64,000 bases of DNA, taken from contig JAQGDQ010000010.1 in the NCBI GenBank assembly GCA_030141605.1, positions 992,001 to 1,056,000 on the forward strand. The letters run 5' to 3'. The translations under genes and the position numbers were made by a program. Source of the stretch: Tubiluchus corallicola (taxonomy: Eukaryota > Animalia > Priapulida). Shown in pieces: positions 1 to 59,100 of this stretch (within the stretch, counting starts at the first letter, position 1; each line of letters opens with the position of its first letter). Under the pieces are notes generated by a model. It did not search any database, was not told the origin of the DNA, and saw nothing but the letters and a program-made list of their open reading frames with translations.

Positions 1-1004
1 GTGTAAAAAAAATTTCGTTTTTTACTCAGCTACCTTTCCTCGTCGTATCTGTGTTCAAGCACTCCGCTACGCTTAGTTTAGTAGGAGAAAAATACGATAA
101 TGATATTATTTCAGAAAGTTTTACCTCTAAGCATGCTTTTAACACTACGAAGTCCTGCATAGAAATTCGACTTGGAGAGTATGCTGTCGTCCCTGGTTTT
201 TTCTAGCTCGAAGTTTTTTCGAACACCAGTGTGAGATTCAGCCATTATCCGACCGGCTGTTGTAAATCCAGCGATGAAGCCACCAGTTGTAACTATCTAA
301 AAATTGTCAAGACCATTTGGTTAATTGCCAAATCACACAGTTTGTCACTCTGAACCATAACGCTGGGCATTACAAAAAGCGGTGGCCCAGAAGCACAATA
401 TCCAACGAGCAAACTTCAAAGTATACGTTTAAAACGCCATAATGTCTAGGGGCTGTATTTAATTCCACGCGTTAGTAGAAAGGCTAGAATATAGTAAAAT
501 CGTCGGGCAAATAAATTTCAGGTCACGATAAAAAAATACTTAAAGAAATCGACCCCCAACTGATCGGCTATTATTCTTACGTATGTTTTGCAGGTTAGTT
601 AACACGTATGTAAAAACATACTTGAAAATAACTCATAATAATTGCACAATGAAAGAGGCTCTAAGAAATTTATAAACAATTGGAAAATTGTGATTTTTTA
701 ATTTCGAATTTTCTTCTCAGAATGTTTTCCAAACTGACGTACCGTAACTATATTGATTTAACATAAATGAAAGCTTTTACTAAGTTTTAGTCATTATAAT
801 TAAATTAATTTTGCCTACTTTCACTAATGCATCCCAGTGGACGAGGGCGTCCAAAACTGGTGTGAGATTCTAAGATTTTGGTTAGATCTTGTGTGCGGAA
901 GTTTTTACAGTCAGATTCTGATATTGACACAATCACACATGTTCTGTGGATTGTACATGAAATCGCGCAGGAATTGATAACAGTTCATTTTTAGGGTTAT
1001 CAGT

Positions 1005-1295
1005 GTGCTTTATAAACTAGAATGTAATATTTGCCTTGAGACATACGTGGGTCAAACCAAACGACCTCTTAGGGACAACGTTGTACACACATTAATAACT
1101 ACAAGAATCATACACCAGGTTCAACCTGGCGGGGGGCATTATAAAACCCATTCAAATGTTCCAGCCCTTCCACTTAGTGCAATCATCCTGTACAGAGCTA
1201 AAGATCATGTTGACAGGTTTTTTGCAGATTCAAAACTTATAAAAAAACTGAAACCAATTATTAATTTGGAGGAAGGATGGCAGCTTTTAAATTAA
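1005..1295 (+). mobile_element. Degenerate GIY-YIG endonuclease remnant of a Penelope-like retroelement
   Basis: SVLYKLECNICLETYVGQTKRPL matches the PLE GIY-YIG pattern (VYxIxCxxCxxxYVGQTxRxL); the C-terminal IKKLKPIINLEEG matches the family's P.LN...G ending. The conserved R..EH and E are lost, so it is decayed. Confidence 0.75.
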
Positions 1296-2231
1296 TGTTG
1301 CTCATCATAAATTGTATTAAACGATTTTAATTCCTCTGTGTTCCTCTGCTGGTCCCAGGGTGCATTTAGTTTTTAACTCAAAAGAGTATCACTAAACTTT
1401 GCCTTTTAAACTTTACCCTTTCTACCCTTGTTATTTTAACTGATTTTTATTTGGTTTTTAGTTTCAAATATAATCTACTTAGTGTAGCCCACCACAAACA
1501 AATCAACTATCACCTTCCTCTTACAGTAACACTTCCCCGGCACCTATATTTGCTTAGTGCTTATAAACTGCTAGATTTTTAAAACATCACTCTGGGGTTA
1601 ACAGCACTCTCTACGTAGGTATGTCAATTTATTCCTGTTCTTTTTTCTTCCTTTAATTATTAACCTTAAATCAGTGACGTTTAGCTACTATTTTTGCTTT
1701 TAATATCCTTGTTTCACCATTCATTCTGTTTGGTTCTAGAATGTTTTTACATTTTATCTGCAATTTTTCACATGATGAAGCCTGCTATGGTGAAAACTTC
1801 ATTAATTATAACTATAATAATAATAAAACAATAATTATTTGAGGCTACAAGGGCAGCCAATGCTTTCTTGTGTTAAAATGTCAAGTCCCAGGAGAGCTCT
1901 TTCATATTTTAAGTGTTAAAAATCAGGCAATTTCCGAAAGACGGGAGTGGCGCTCTCACATAAAATTACGACGAAAAGGTGTATAGGGCAAAAGGGCAAT
2001 AGTGATCAGCATCAGATTTCAATAATATTACAGTAATTGTTTTAGCCATATAGTATGGTGTTTGCTACACAAAAAACGGTTAGCCAAAAAAAAATTCAAT
2101 ATCGGTTAGTAGCTAAAATATGTTTTTTTAATTATAATTATTGATCAGTGCTCAATACTCGGCCTGCGGTAAAGCTAATCAAGTAATGAATGTGTGCAGG
2201 ATAAAGCAACGAAAAGGTTTCGCTCAATGTT

Positions 2232-2360
2232 CACGTGCGTCGAGTTAGTAGGAATGCAATTGCAGTGAAATTGAAAATGGCGCCGCCCGGTGTCGTTTGT
2301 AATTCAAAACTCTGCTTTTTTCTTTAATATTTCAAGCAGTGAACCTACGCAGCTTAATGT
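2232..2360 (+). promoter_or_regulatory. Putative promoter/first non-coding exon of the PARP gene
   Basis: Locally CpG-richer patch with CACGTG (2232) and a YY1-type AAAATGGCG motif (2274); candidate donor AAT|GTATGT at 2359 and acceptor TTCTTAG at 2903, 14 nt before the ATG. No transcript data. Confidence 0.4.
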
Positions 2361-2917
2361 ATGTCTATAAATTACCTTACAATCTCATTCTCTATTTGTG
2401 TGTTTATTTTTCTGAGTTGTTGCATGGCTTTATATGTTACGAAAATCATTTTTGTAATAACAAAAGAAATACCTTAAGCTTAAATTGGTACTTTAAGCAA
2501 GTAGAGCTTGCTGTTTAAAATACTATAATTTTTTATGATATTAATCCACTTCATTAATGCTAGCTCATATCTTAAACGATTTTTTAAGTTAGGTACTGAA
2601 TAGGCGACACAAATAATTTTTTCATTTAATTTTGTACTAGCCAAACAACGCACACCAACAAAACCTTCAGTCCAAGATAAAATATTTAAATTTACCCTTT
2701 TCTGCTTTTGTTGTTGTTTTTGTATATATTTTCGAAATATTGCTACCACGAAATTATGATATCTCTGTAATACAATTGTAATGAAGTGTCTGTAATTAAA
2801 TAGTATGTATTATAACTTGGTATGAATATTGAATTAAACAGATAAACTAATCTAATATCTGTCTAAAACCTGTACATGCTGTACATAACTGTTGACTTCT
2901 TAGTGTAAGAAAATAAT

Positions 2918-49659
<46,742 letters not shown>

Positions 49660-52600
49660 TTTTGTCCTTCATATATTGTGTGGTAAAAGGTATGGAAAAC
49701 ACTTGTACTTAAGCAAATGTAGATGATATAGTCGTTTAATCAATCTGACATGTGTGTAAGTTTTTGTACGATTTTCACAGAAATTAAGCTGCAATAGTGG
49801 ATTTGTGTTCCTTTTAATTCCGCTGATCATTGTTTATTGTGTAGTTTTTGCCATGGTTTCTAGCACATAAAAAGTATATAATTTGCATACATGTAGCGAT
49901 ATTTCCTAACTCTAACGCACAGAGTTTTCCCTGCAAACGAAAAGCCCACAGTGTTCGCACAGTGGTGTATTGTACACCTAATGTCTGCTCTCTGTTGGTT
50001 ATTATAATCTTAGAATATGAAACAGTTTACCATTTTAAATGTTTTATTCAGTTTTGTATTGTCTCGTAGTACCAGTTGATGTAAAAGTGCGTGTTGTATA
50101 ATAATTTATAATTTAATTTCTGTTCACCTAAGAAAATGTTTATAGTTTTACAATAACAGCTCTGTGAACCATAATTTTCTTGTAATTTTGTGACTTTTTG
50201 TGTGTAAGATTTAAGTGGTACAAGCATTCGTCCATTTGATCACGGAAAAAGTTTCTGAAAATCAACCTCAAAGTCAAAAGTGAATTCGTATGTTAAACAA
50301 GTGATTGCCTAGTTCTTTTCTGCCTTACAACAAATGAAATGTTTTAAATTCAAGTCGGGCTGATAATGGTTTTTCTCTCACTTTACCTGGCTGGACTTGG
50401 GTAAGTTTATAAAAAACTTTTGTTGGAAACTTCCTACATAACCAAGTCTTTTTGAGAAAATATCATTTCAGATTATAGCAAAAGCACATCTAATGTAGTA
50501 ATAATTTTTTCAATAGTTTCTAAATGAAAAAGTTGTAGTATCGTACTTGTAGTGTGTCGACTGACTGAAAGTGATTATTATTATTAATTATTAATACGAT
50601 CAAGTCATGATAGTCATAGTGGATTCTAGTTGTGTTGTTTTGCTACATAGATGTGAGTTTTGTCATTATAATTGCACCATTGTGTAGTGAAGAGTGAAAA
50701 AAGTGTTACCATGTTGAAGTAAATAATGTTTATGCAGTATACCACTGCCCAATTAGTTTTACTGGCATTAATTAGCAGTATAAGGTTATGATATCATATC
50801 ATCATTTCTAATATTGAACTTAAGCTTGCAGTGCAATTTAATGTAACAGAATACTTTAGGATATAAAACTTCGTCCACTCTTGTGAAAATTGGAATCAGC
50901 TGCATGGGAACATGTTTTAAAGAAAATATTATGTACAGAAGAAAGACTATATTCACATCTTTACATAGATCTGAGTAATCAGTAATGTTTTAATGGGTTT
51001 TAATCGTGAAATCATGTTTCTGTAACAGTTTTGCATAAATGTTTTCGTTTCAAACACGTACATCTGTATTTAAATTTTAGAAACATAGTATAAAACATTC
51101 CATGTCCCCGGTCATCATTTTTATTCTTACCACTTAATTTTCAGTACTACTTTGGAAATACTTTTAAGCATAATTATAATTATACTAAGTTTCTTTTTAA
51201 TTATACACTTCGTAAAGCTGATGATACTTTATTCCACATGACTGTGTGAAAATTGTTATATGGCAATGAAAACAAGTTTTGTTGTCAATGATTTTTTACA
51301 AAAATAAGCTAATCAATATTTGTATGTTTAATTTTAATTTATGTACCGCATGTAGTGTGAAACTTAGTTAAAAACTATATACTGGTTTGCAGTCTGTGCA
51401 GTACTTCAAACTATACACTATACACAAGTTATTGAATTGCACACTTAACAACTCTTATTTCACTGTCTGGTCTTTTATTGTCACTTGTAGTTTACAAAAT
51501 CATGGTAGTTTTAGTAATTGTGATTGTCCACTTGTCTTTTGAGATTAATGAAACTTTAAAATTTAAATTCGCTGTATTGTGATTTATGTTGACATGAGAG
51601 TCAGTCATTTGCAGTGGTGTAGCTAATAGGGCAACGGAAGCACATTTTTCAAAATTGGTGCCTTTTCAATAACCTGCCATTACTTTATTTGTCATTTTCT
51701 TACAACCTTAAATGAAGAAACTATGAATATTGGTCACTTGATCACAGGTTTGTCGAGCTTTTTCAAAAGACTAAAATTTGCATTTTCAAGCCAGATACCA
51801 CATTGACAAAATCATCAATGATCTAAAGCTTGGGGACTGATTTCTTTATTAATTACAAATAATTACATATTGATTTACGTATCAGACACAAATGTGTGCA
51901 TCTATGGTAGCATCTAAAAACGTAAAAACTATTTCAAATTTCAAATACTGAATATACTGTGTACAAATGTGATTCAAAGTAATAGTGTATAATATCAAGT
52001 TAGCTGTCATCAGAAATTTGAGACAATAAAAGCATAAAGACTTCAAAGCACTGTTGCTAAATTTAGTAAAACTAAAATGCTATTAACTAATTTCAGACTT
52101 ATTTATGAGTATTGATTTTTCTTTGCTTCGCTCGAAACATATTTACGCGCTAACGTGCTACATAAATAATAAAAAACAGCAATTAACAACAACAAAGCCT
52201 TACAGCACATCATGTTTCATAATTTTTATGCACAAATAATATTATTGTCATACATATCTACATAAACATTAATAATATTTGGGTTTTAATTTCACATCCT
52301 CCGTCTATTACAAGTTTGCTCTATAACTATCTACTTCTGTTAGGGTTTCCAACTCGAGCAATCATGTAAGGAGTGCAGCATTCCACTTGCTTATTACACA
52401 AGGCATATAAATTTCTTTAAAAACATTTATTTGTCAAAAAGAAATAAGTGCAATTGAAACAAACATAAAACTACTGCCAATGTTGTGGAAACTGGAGAAG
52501 AAATTCTCACAGTTTCACATGTGTATTACAACTATTTATCTACAAACTACCATTACAGTTACCAATTCACAATTCATCATTCATCAGCCTAAATACGTAC

Positions 52601-53127
52601 AATTAATCTGTCATCTATTGATTTCAAACTATGTACTAATTTCTGGATGCCATGATAACAAAATGCAAACGAAAATCGCACTGCAGATCCTACGGACCCA
52701 AGCTCCAACTACAGACTGTAACCACTATGAATGATAGAACTGTAGCCCATGCCACAGGCTGAAGTTGATGTCATTGATTACTAATGACATCACAATAGAA
52801 AACAGTGATGTCAGTTGATTTCATCATTCCAGAAATGATGACATCACTGTGGGGAAAAGGTAACATCACTATGGATAATGATGACATCACTAGAGAAAAG
52901 GGAATATCACTGCAGAGGCAATAACATCTCACTGCTAAAAGTTCGTTGTCACATTGCTTTGAATTTAGTTGATGACATCATTGTGCAGTTCAGCTACAGC
53001 TGTCGCCACAATGGAAAACTAATGACATCATTGTGGAGAACTTACAACATCACCAGTCTGTTCAAAAGCAAGTAATGTTGCACCGGAAAATTGCTAACAT
53101 CACTGCGGGATGAACAGATGATGTAAG

Positions 53128-56100
53128 TCATACTCTGTCGCTTTCCAGTTCGGCTGCTGGTGAAGTCACACTGGAGAACTCCACACTAGGCACCAGCAGG
53201 TCACGACTCAGAGGACTGTGGATTCCTGATGCAGCATTCATGTGGGAAATATTCAATGTGTGTTTAGGCTTTAAATGCCGGTTGCCAATTTCCATACTCA
53301 TCGTCTTCATCACCTCAATTTGAGCATACAGACGCTGAATTTCCTCCTGAAATTAAGACAGAGCAATGTGCTATATAAAATTTTGTAACAGCTGGTGCAG
53401 GTTTTACCTTTAAATGTAGCTAAATATATGCCAACTCAAATCTAATTTTGATCATCCAGATAATTGTGTTAAGTCAGCTAAATTTGGCAGACTGTGATAA
53501 AATATTATATTATAATACATCATTGTACAAGCTGTATAGTTGTACTGTTATTGTGTTATAGTATACAAATTATTGTGTAATATATATGCTGTCAATATAT
53601 TAAGGATTTGTGTAAGGTCTGACTTTAATAACTTACTATTTCTGGGAAAAGTAATTTCCAAAGAATATCTTTTCTGGTGCAAATAATTCCATAGATTTTG
53701 ATACTGTTTATTGTATGTAGATATTTGGCTGCATTACCACTGACTGACTAAATAATGTTTAAAATGTGTAATATGTGTTCATCTAACTGACCAAAGTCAT
53801 TATTTGGATGCTGTCTGTCAACAGTCACCAAGTTGCATCAACATTCAAAAGGTAAAATCACTGCACACTATTTTCACTACTGTTTTTTGATGTGCTGCAA
53901 ACACAACTAAAAAGACAAAGCAAGCAGCTAGTGCATGAGTTATCAACGAATTATTTTACAAATAATTTTACAGTTTCATGCAAATTGCAAATCACTAAGA
54001 CTAAGTAACAAAATGATTTTTCTGCAAGAAAGTGTCATGCTAGGTAGACTGCTCAAAGATGTCATTTGTAATTATATCTGTTGGTATTGTGCTCGGGAAA
54101 GAAAAAATGTTTTTCATTTCACATGCTCTGTAAATTAAAATGCAAAATCAAAATTCGTAATGATCAACTAAACTATTTTCAAACTAAAATAACAAGCAGA
54201 CCAGGTAAACGTATCAGCCAATAAAATTTTAGTGAGTTAGAACCAAATTAGCATAGTTTAAGTTGAGTAACAAAAGCTTAATTTAGCGGGAAGCAATATT
54301 CATTGTAAGCAAGTTGAAGGATATCTATGACATACAAGTAACTCATACGTGCCTCATTTGAAAAGAAAATGTAAGTTTATAACACATTAAAATTAATGAG
54401 TCTGTAAGAGTTAATCCATTTATGAGTTAATCATCAACATGAGTTAACTATTTATTTAGATGTAAGAGCTGGTATTGCTTCTGAATTAAGTTGAAGTTAA
54501 TAAACCCCACAATTTAAAAAAATGCTTTTCAAATGTCGCTTATCATGTTTTTTGTTATTACCTAGATTGATGTACAAGTTAGTGTAAGCCCAGAGGAATG
54601 TGCTTGGAAATTCTTGTCTTTATTACTTCAGTCAGTGTTACAGTATATTACGCTTTATGCGCGACCTGGCTGCAGTGCTACACTCATGGCCGACTTCTAC
54701 CACTACTACAACATCAAGTCACGAAACAACAGCTAAAGAACAGCCAGATCGCACGCTGCACCATCTATCACTGCTGTTGCTATGGTTAAATAAAAATAAG
54801 AAAAGAAAGCCATCATCACGAAAATAAAATTGATTGAAACAGTCACTGGGAACCCAAGACCCGACCCGTACGTAGGATTAACAAACTTCGGGGAAGATGT
54901 GCTTACTCAAGGGTGTGAAACACTGAATATAAGCATCTTATTTGCATATTTTTCTACTTTATGACAATAGCTCAAAATTAAGTTTTTCAAGCATCCAGGT
55001 ATAGCAACAGTAACCAGGCTAGCATTTTTGCACCCATTGATATCCAATAATATCCAATACAGATCTATTAAATGTTCGTTGATTTACTTGGTTATGAAGT
55101 ACAACAAAATTTTAGCAAAATGGCCGATAAATTACGTGACTATGTGGCATACTGTGCTATGGCTATTTGGAGAAGACGTCTTGGTCAAAAGTTTAAAAGC
55201 AAACAGTAGAAAACGTTCCTCCTTAAAAGAACGATTGAGTCCTTTACAGGACTAGGCACTTCAGGTTGATAACTGTCTTTGGCCACAATTCTTGAGATCA
55301 ATAGGTATAAGCTAGCTAATTAAATCGGCAGGGTAAGAATGTGAACATAGAAACAGCAGTCATTGTAGTTCGACCATAGATACGTTAACATACAAAGGTT
55401 GAAATGAAATATTATTAACAATTAATTTTAACATATCTATGACTCGACTAAAAGTGATCAGATGGCGCCACCTGACAAACCTTCAGTGTTTCATTTTCCT
55501 GTGCTAGATCGACAGAGTCGTCTTGGCAATATTGCATTTCTGGGCACCAGATGGCCACCTGTACGTGATCAGATACCTTTAACTCCTCATTTTCCTGATA
55601 GAGGTCTATAGTTTCTTCATTGATTAATCCATTGACACCGTTGACAGACAGAGATGCTGATACATTGGCCCGTCGTCGATTTTTGATGTCATACACATCG
55701 CCTTTACCTTGAACTATCCTTTGCACCTACAAAAAGGAAAAACCTCTGTAAAAAGACTTCCACTGGACCAACTGCAAATAGTGTAATTCGAAATTGCAGT
55801 ATTGTGATTTCCAAGTAAGAAATTACAAAAACAGGGTCTAGGTGACAGTTATTGCATCATCCATTCATTTTTGCATAAACAAGTTGTAAGAAAGAAGATG
55901 CACATGTATCACTGGAGTAGAGATAGATATGAAAATATTTGCATTTTTATAAAGCAGGTTTTGTGCACGTGTGTGATCTAATATGGCTGCCACTGTTATA
56001 GCAAATGATACTATTACCTTACAGTATCATATATACATATCAATTATGCAATCTTGGTAACATTGCACACAGCTGTCTGTATCTAGTGCATCATATTCGA

Positions 56101-59100
56101 CTGTTGTATGACAGTCATTGACTGTTCATGTACAGCATTTTAGATGAAAAGAATGGTATATTTTTTGTATTTATCTCCTCCAAACAAACCAATAGGTTGT
56201 GGTGCACATTATTTTTATGTTTCAATAAAATTTAGTAGTTACTACTAGAGAGATGCTTTTCTGTGAAAAAATGGACTCTTTTTTGGTAGTGCATGTCGAG
56301 ATACTGCATATGATGCTGGATATATAGTCAGATCTTCAAACATTCCATACTTAAATAGTGCTTACCTTGATGCCAAACACAAGAACAATTGTAACTGTTG
56401 TGCACAATATGACTCGTAAGAAACTGAACAAGTACTTGATATCTGGCGGAGCATTCGGATAAATGACTAAACTGTAAGAAACGAAACTAGTTATTACTTT
56501 AAAATAAAGTAATACAAGTAAAGAATAATATGATTTTGTTACTCTAGTAGTAGCAACATTAGTGGTATGATAACACAGATATCTGTACAAGATCACAAAT
56601 GAAATCTGCTACAAACACTTGTTACTATGCCAGAATTGCAAAGTTTTAACAAAACAACAGCACTGTGCATTATTATGGTAAATATATTATATATTTATTA
56701 TTACTGTAAATACAGTGTTCGTATATTCTTTTAAATATGGTGTATTATTTGTAGTGGTGCAGCCAAGTCGTCATACATCGGTTTATGTAAGACCAAAAAG
56801 GTTGCTAACTACATAGTACACGTGCATAGCTGACGATGATTTTGACTCAAATATTTTCATGGCATGGAATGAATGAGTTAGAATCAGAAATAGAATTTAT
56901 TTTATTTCACAGCGAATAATATATACATATACATTTAGTCACAAACATTGTCACGTTACAAATGATACAAGTCACTTTGTGGAGGAGGAAGAAGCATAAT
57001 GCTATCGGGTCCTTAAAAATGGTGTTGGAGGTTTTATCATACCTTGTGAACTAAAGATCTGTTTACTTTGGCCTACTGTGTATCAGATTGGAATCACAGG
57101 TGAGCCTAAAAGCATAATAATGGCCTGCCATAATTCCTTAAAAGGTTTGATGATGGGAAAAAACAGCTTATTTTTTACGAAGTACAATTGTTCAACTACT
57201 ACCTAATTGTTTAATAGTTATGACAGAACCAAAACATTATTAATTGTCAAAAATAACGTTTTAAGCGGTGTATACACCCTCTCATATTTCTTCAATTCTC
57301 AAAAAGGAAAAATATCTCAAAAGTATGGCAGATAGAACTGGTCTTTTTGGTAATCACTCCCATCCACTTACTGACTAAACTCTATACTGCTTAACTTTCT
57401 TATCCAAACGACCACTCAGCAATGCTTTCGGCTACTCCTAAAAATTATTTATTTACACCATTGTAATTAGTGCGGAAGCACTAAAATTGTAATAATAAGA
57501 CCAACTTACTGTATTAAAAGCATAACGGCATTCACAAAGGCTATATTATAGATGGCGTAGCTAATAAACTTTGCTTCATTAAACAGAGTTACAGCATTTC
57601 GCACAACATAGCATATTCGGATTCCCCATATTAAGAAAAGCACCTCTCCTGGAAATACAAGAGAATCAATCAATCAGTTCTAAATGAATTAGTCTGATTA
57701 TCAATCAGTCGTTTATTCTATCCCTCAAGCGATGAGCCAATCAACGTTATTAATAGCATCAACATGACTAGAATAAAGCAGTTACTGGTCATCTAACTCC
57801 CAGTGCATTTTAGGCAATTTAAAATTTTTGACCACTTGAAATATTTGATTCTGTACAGGTGTTTGTTATTGTTACATTTCGTTGAATTTCTGAAACGTAC
57901 CAATCACTAAGCAGTGGTCCCACCAGTCATATTCACACTGTAGAAACCATAAATTATCCACATCCATCATTCTCACTGTCCCCGGGGGTGACGAAACCGT
58001 CCAAGCAGCCAGATACGTGACTATGAGTAAGAGTATAGGTAACAACCATCGTAGCAATTGCTTATCTGTTAGCTTTAATTTGTGTGCTGACTTCACACGG
58101 TACGTTAGAGAAACCCTGAGAAAAACGTAATATGCTGATACAAGTTAATGTTTAAATTAATGATTCAGAATGTCTAAAACAACAGGGGCTTATAGTCCAA
58201 AGCAGATTATCTGTTTTGTCGCCACCTCTGTCTGCAAGAAGAAGCGTAAATAAAAGATTTATCATTATCATTATCTTCATCATTATCACCTATGCCTGAA
58301 CTGTATATGCCTGAAAGGACGCGAACTTAAATTGAGGTATTGTTATGTTCATCCGAAAAAATCTAACTTTTTTGAATAAATGTTGCTAAAAAAGAAGTGT
58401 GCCAAAAATATTTTTCCTTGAAGATTAGTATTGCTTACATTATCACTTCTAGCGTACTAGTTCGAAATGAATCGAGTTTAAACATTTACGTACGAGTAAA
58501 ATTCAGTAGTACATACCCCATTCAATAATTCAATATACGCCCAGTAATTCAAATCTTTGTTTTAAGTTACCAGCAAAGTATCTAAACTAGGTTAAAGTGA
58601 CTGCGCGATATCTTAAAACTAGGTTAGATATACTCTTACTAGTTTTAGATTACCCCTCCAAAAACGAAGCCTAAGATTGGTTAAACTTATTTTATAGTTC
58701 CAATGTCTATGTAGATAACTGTTAGAAATGTTAATCCATTACAATTAAAAAAGTGCAATTTCTGCGTTAAGCAAGCGCGGTTTTGTTGCATGTTCGTGTG
58801 CATTAACAGTATCTTTAGAAACAACATTTATCTGCCTATTTTTGTATCCACGAGTATTTCTATTACAAAAACAATCGTTAGAAACTTTTGGCATTAAATT
58901 ATTTGAGAAGCTGTATATAGTAATACATTTGTTTTTAAGCCTAATTAATGTCAGTGAATTTAAGAACAGGTATCTTTTTTAGTAAAACGAATTTTAGCAT
59001 ATGTACTCCAAAGCACACATAGACATGGATAAAACCATAAAAGGAAACGGCAAAAGGTAATGCAAAAAACGACAGGTTGTCAAATACAGGCACGTGACGC

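Noticed and set aside
2278-2328. Upstream ATG (ATGGCGCCG) as the PARP start codon
   Set aside because: The frame closes at TAA after about 16 codons, before the candidate donor; better explained as a YY1-type motif or a short uORF.
53060-53130. Stop-codon readthrough of the GPCR (TGA-C context)
   Set aside because: The next in-frame stop follows after about 21 codons with no notable peptide; unsupported without conservation data.
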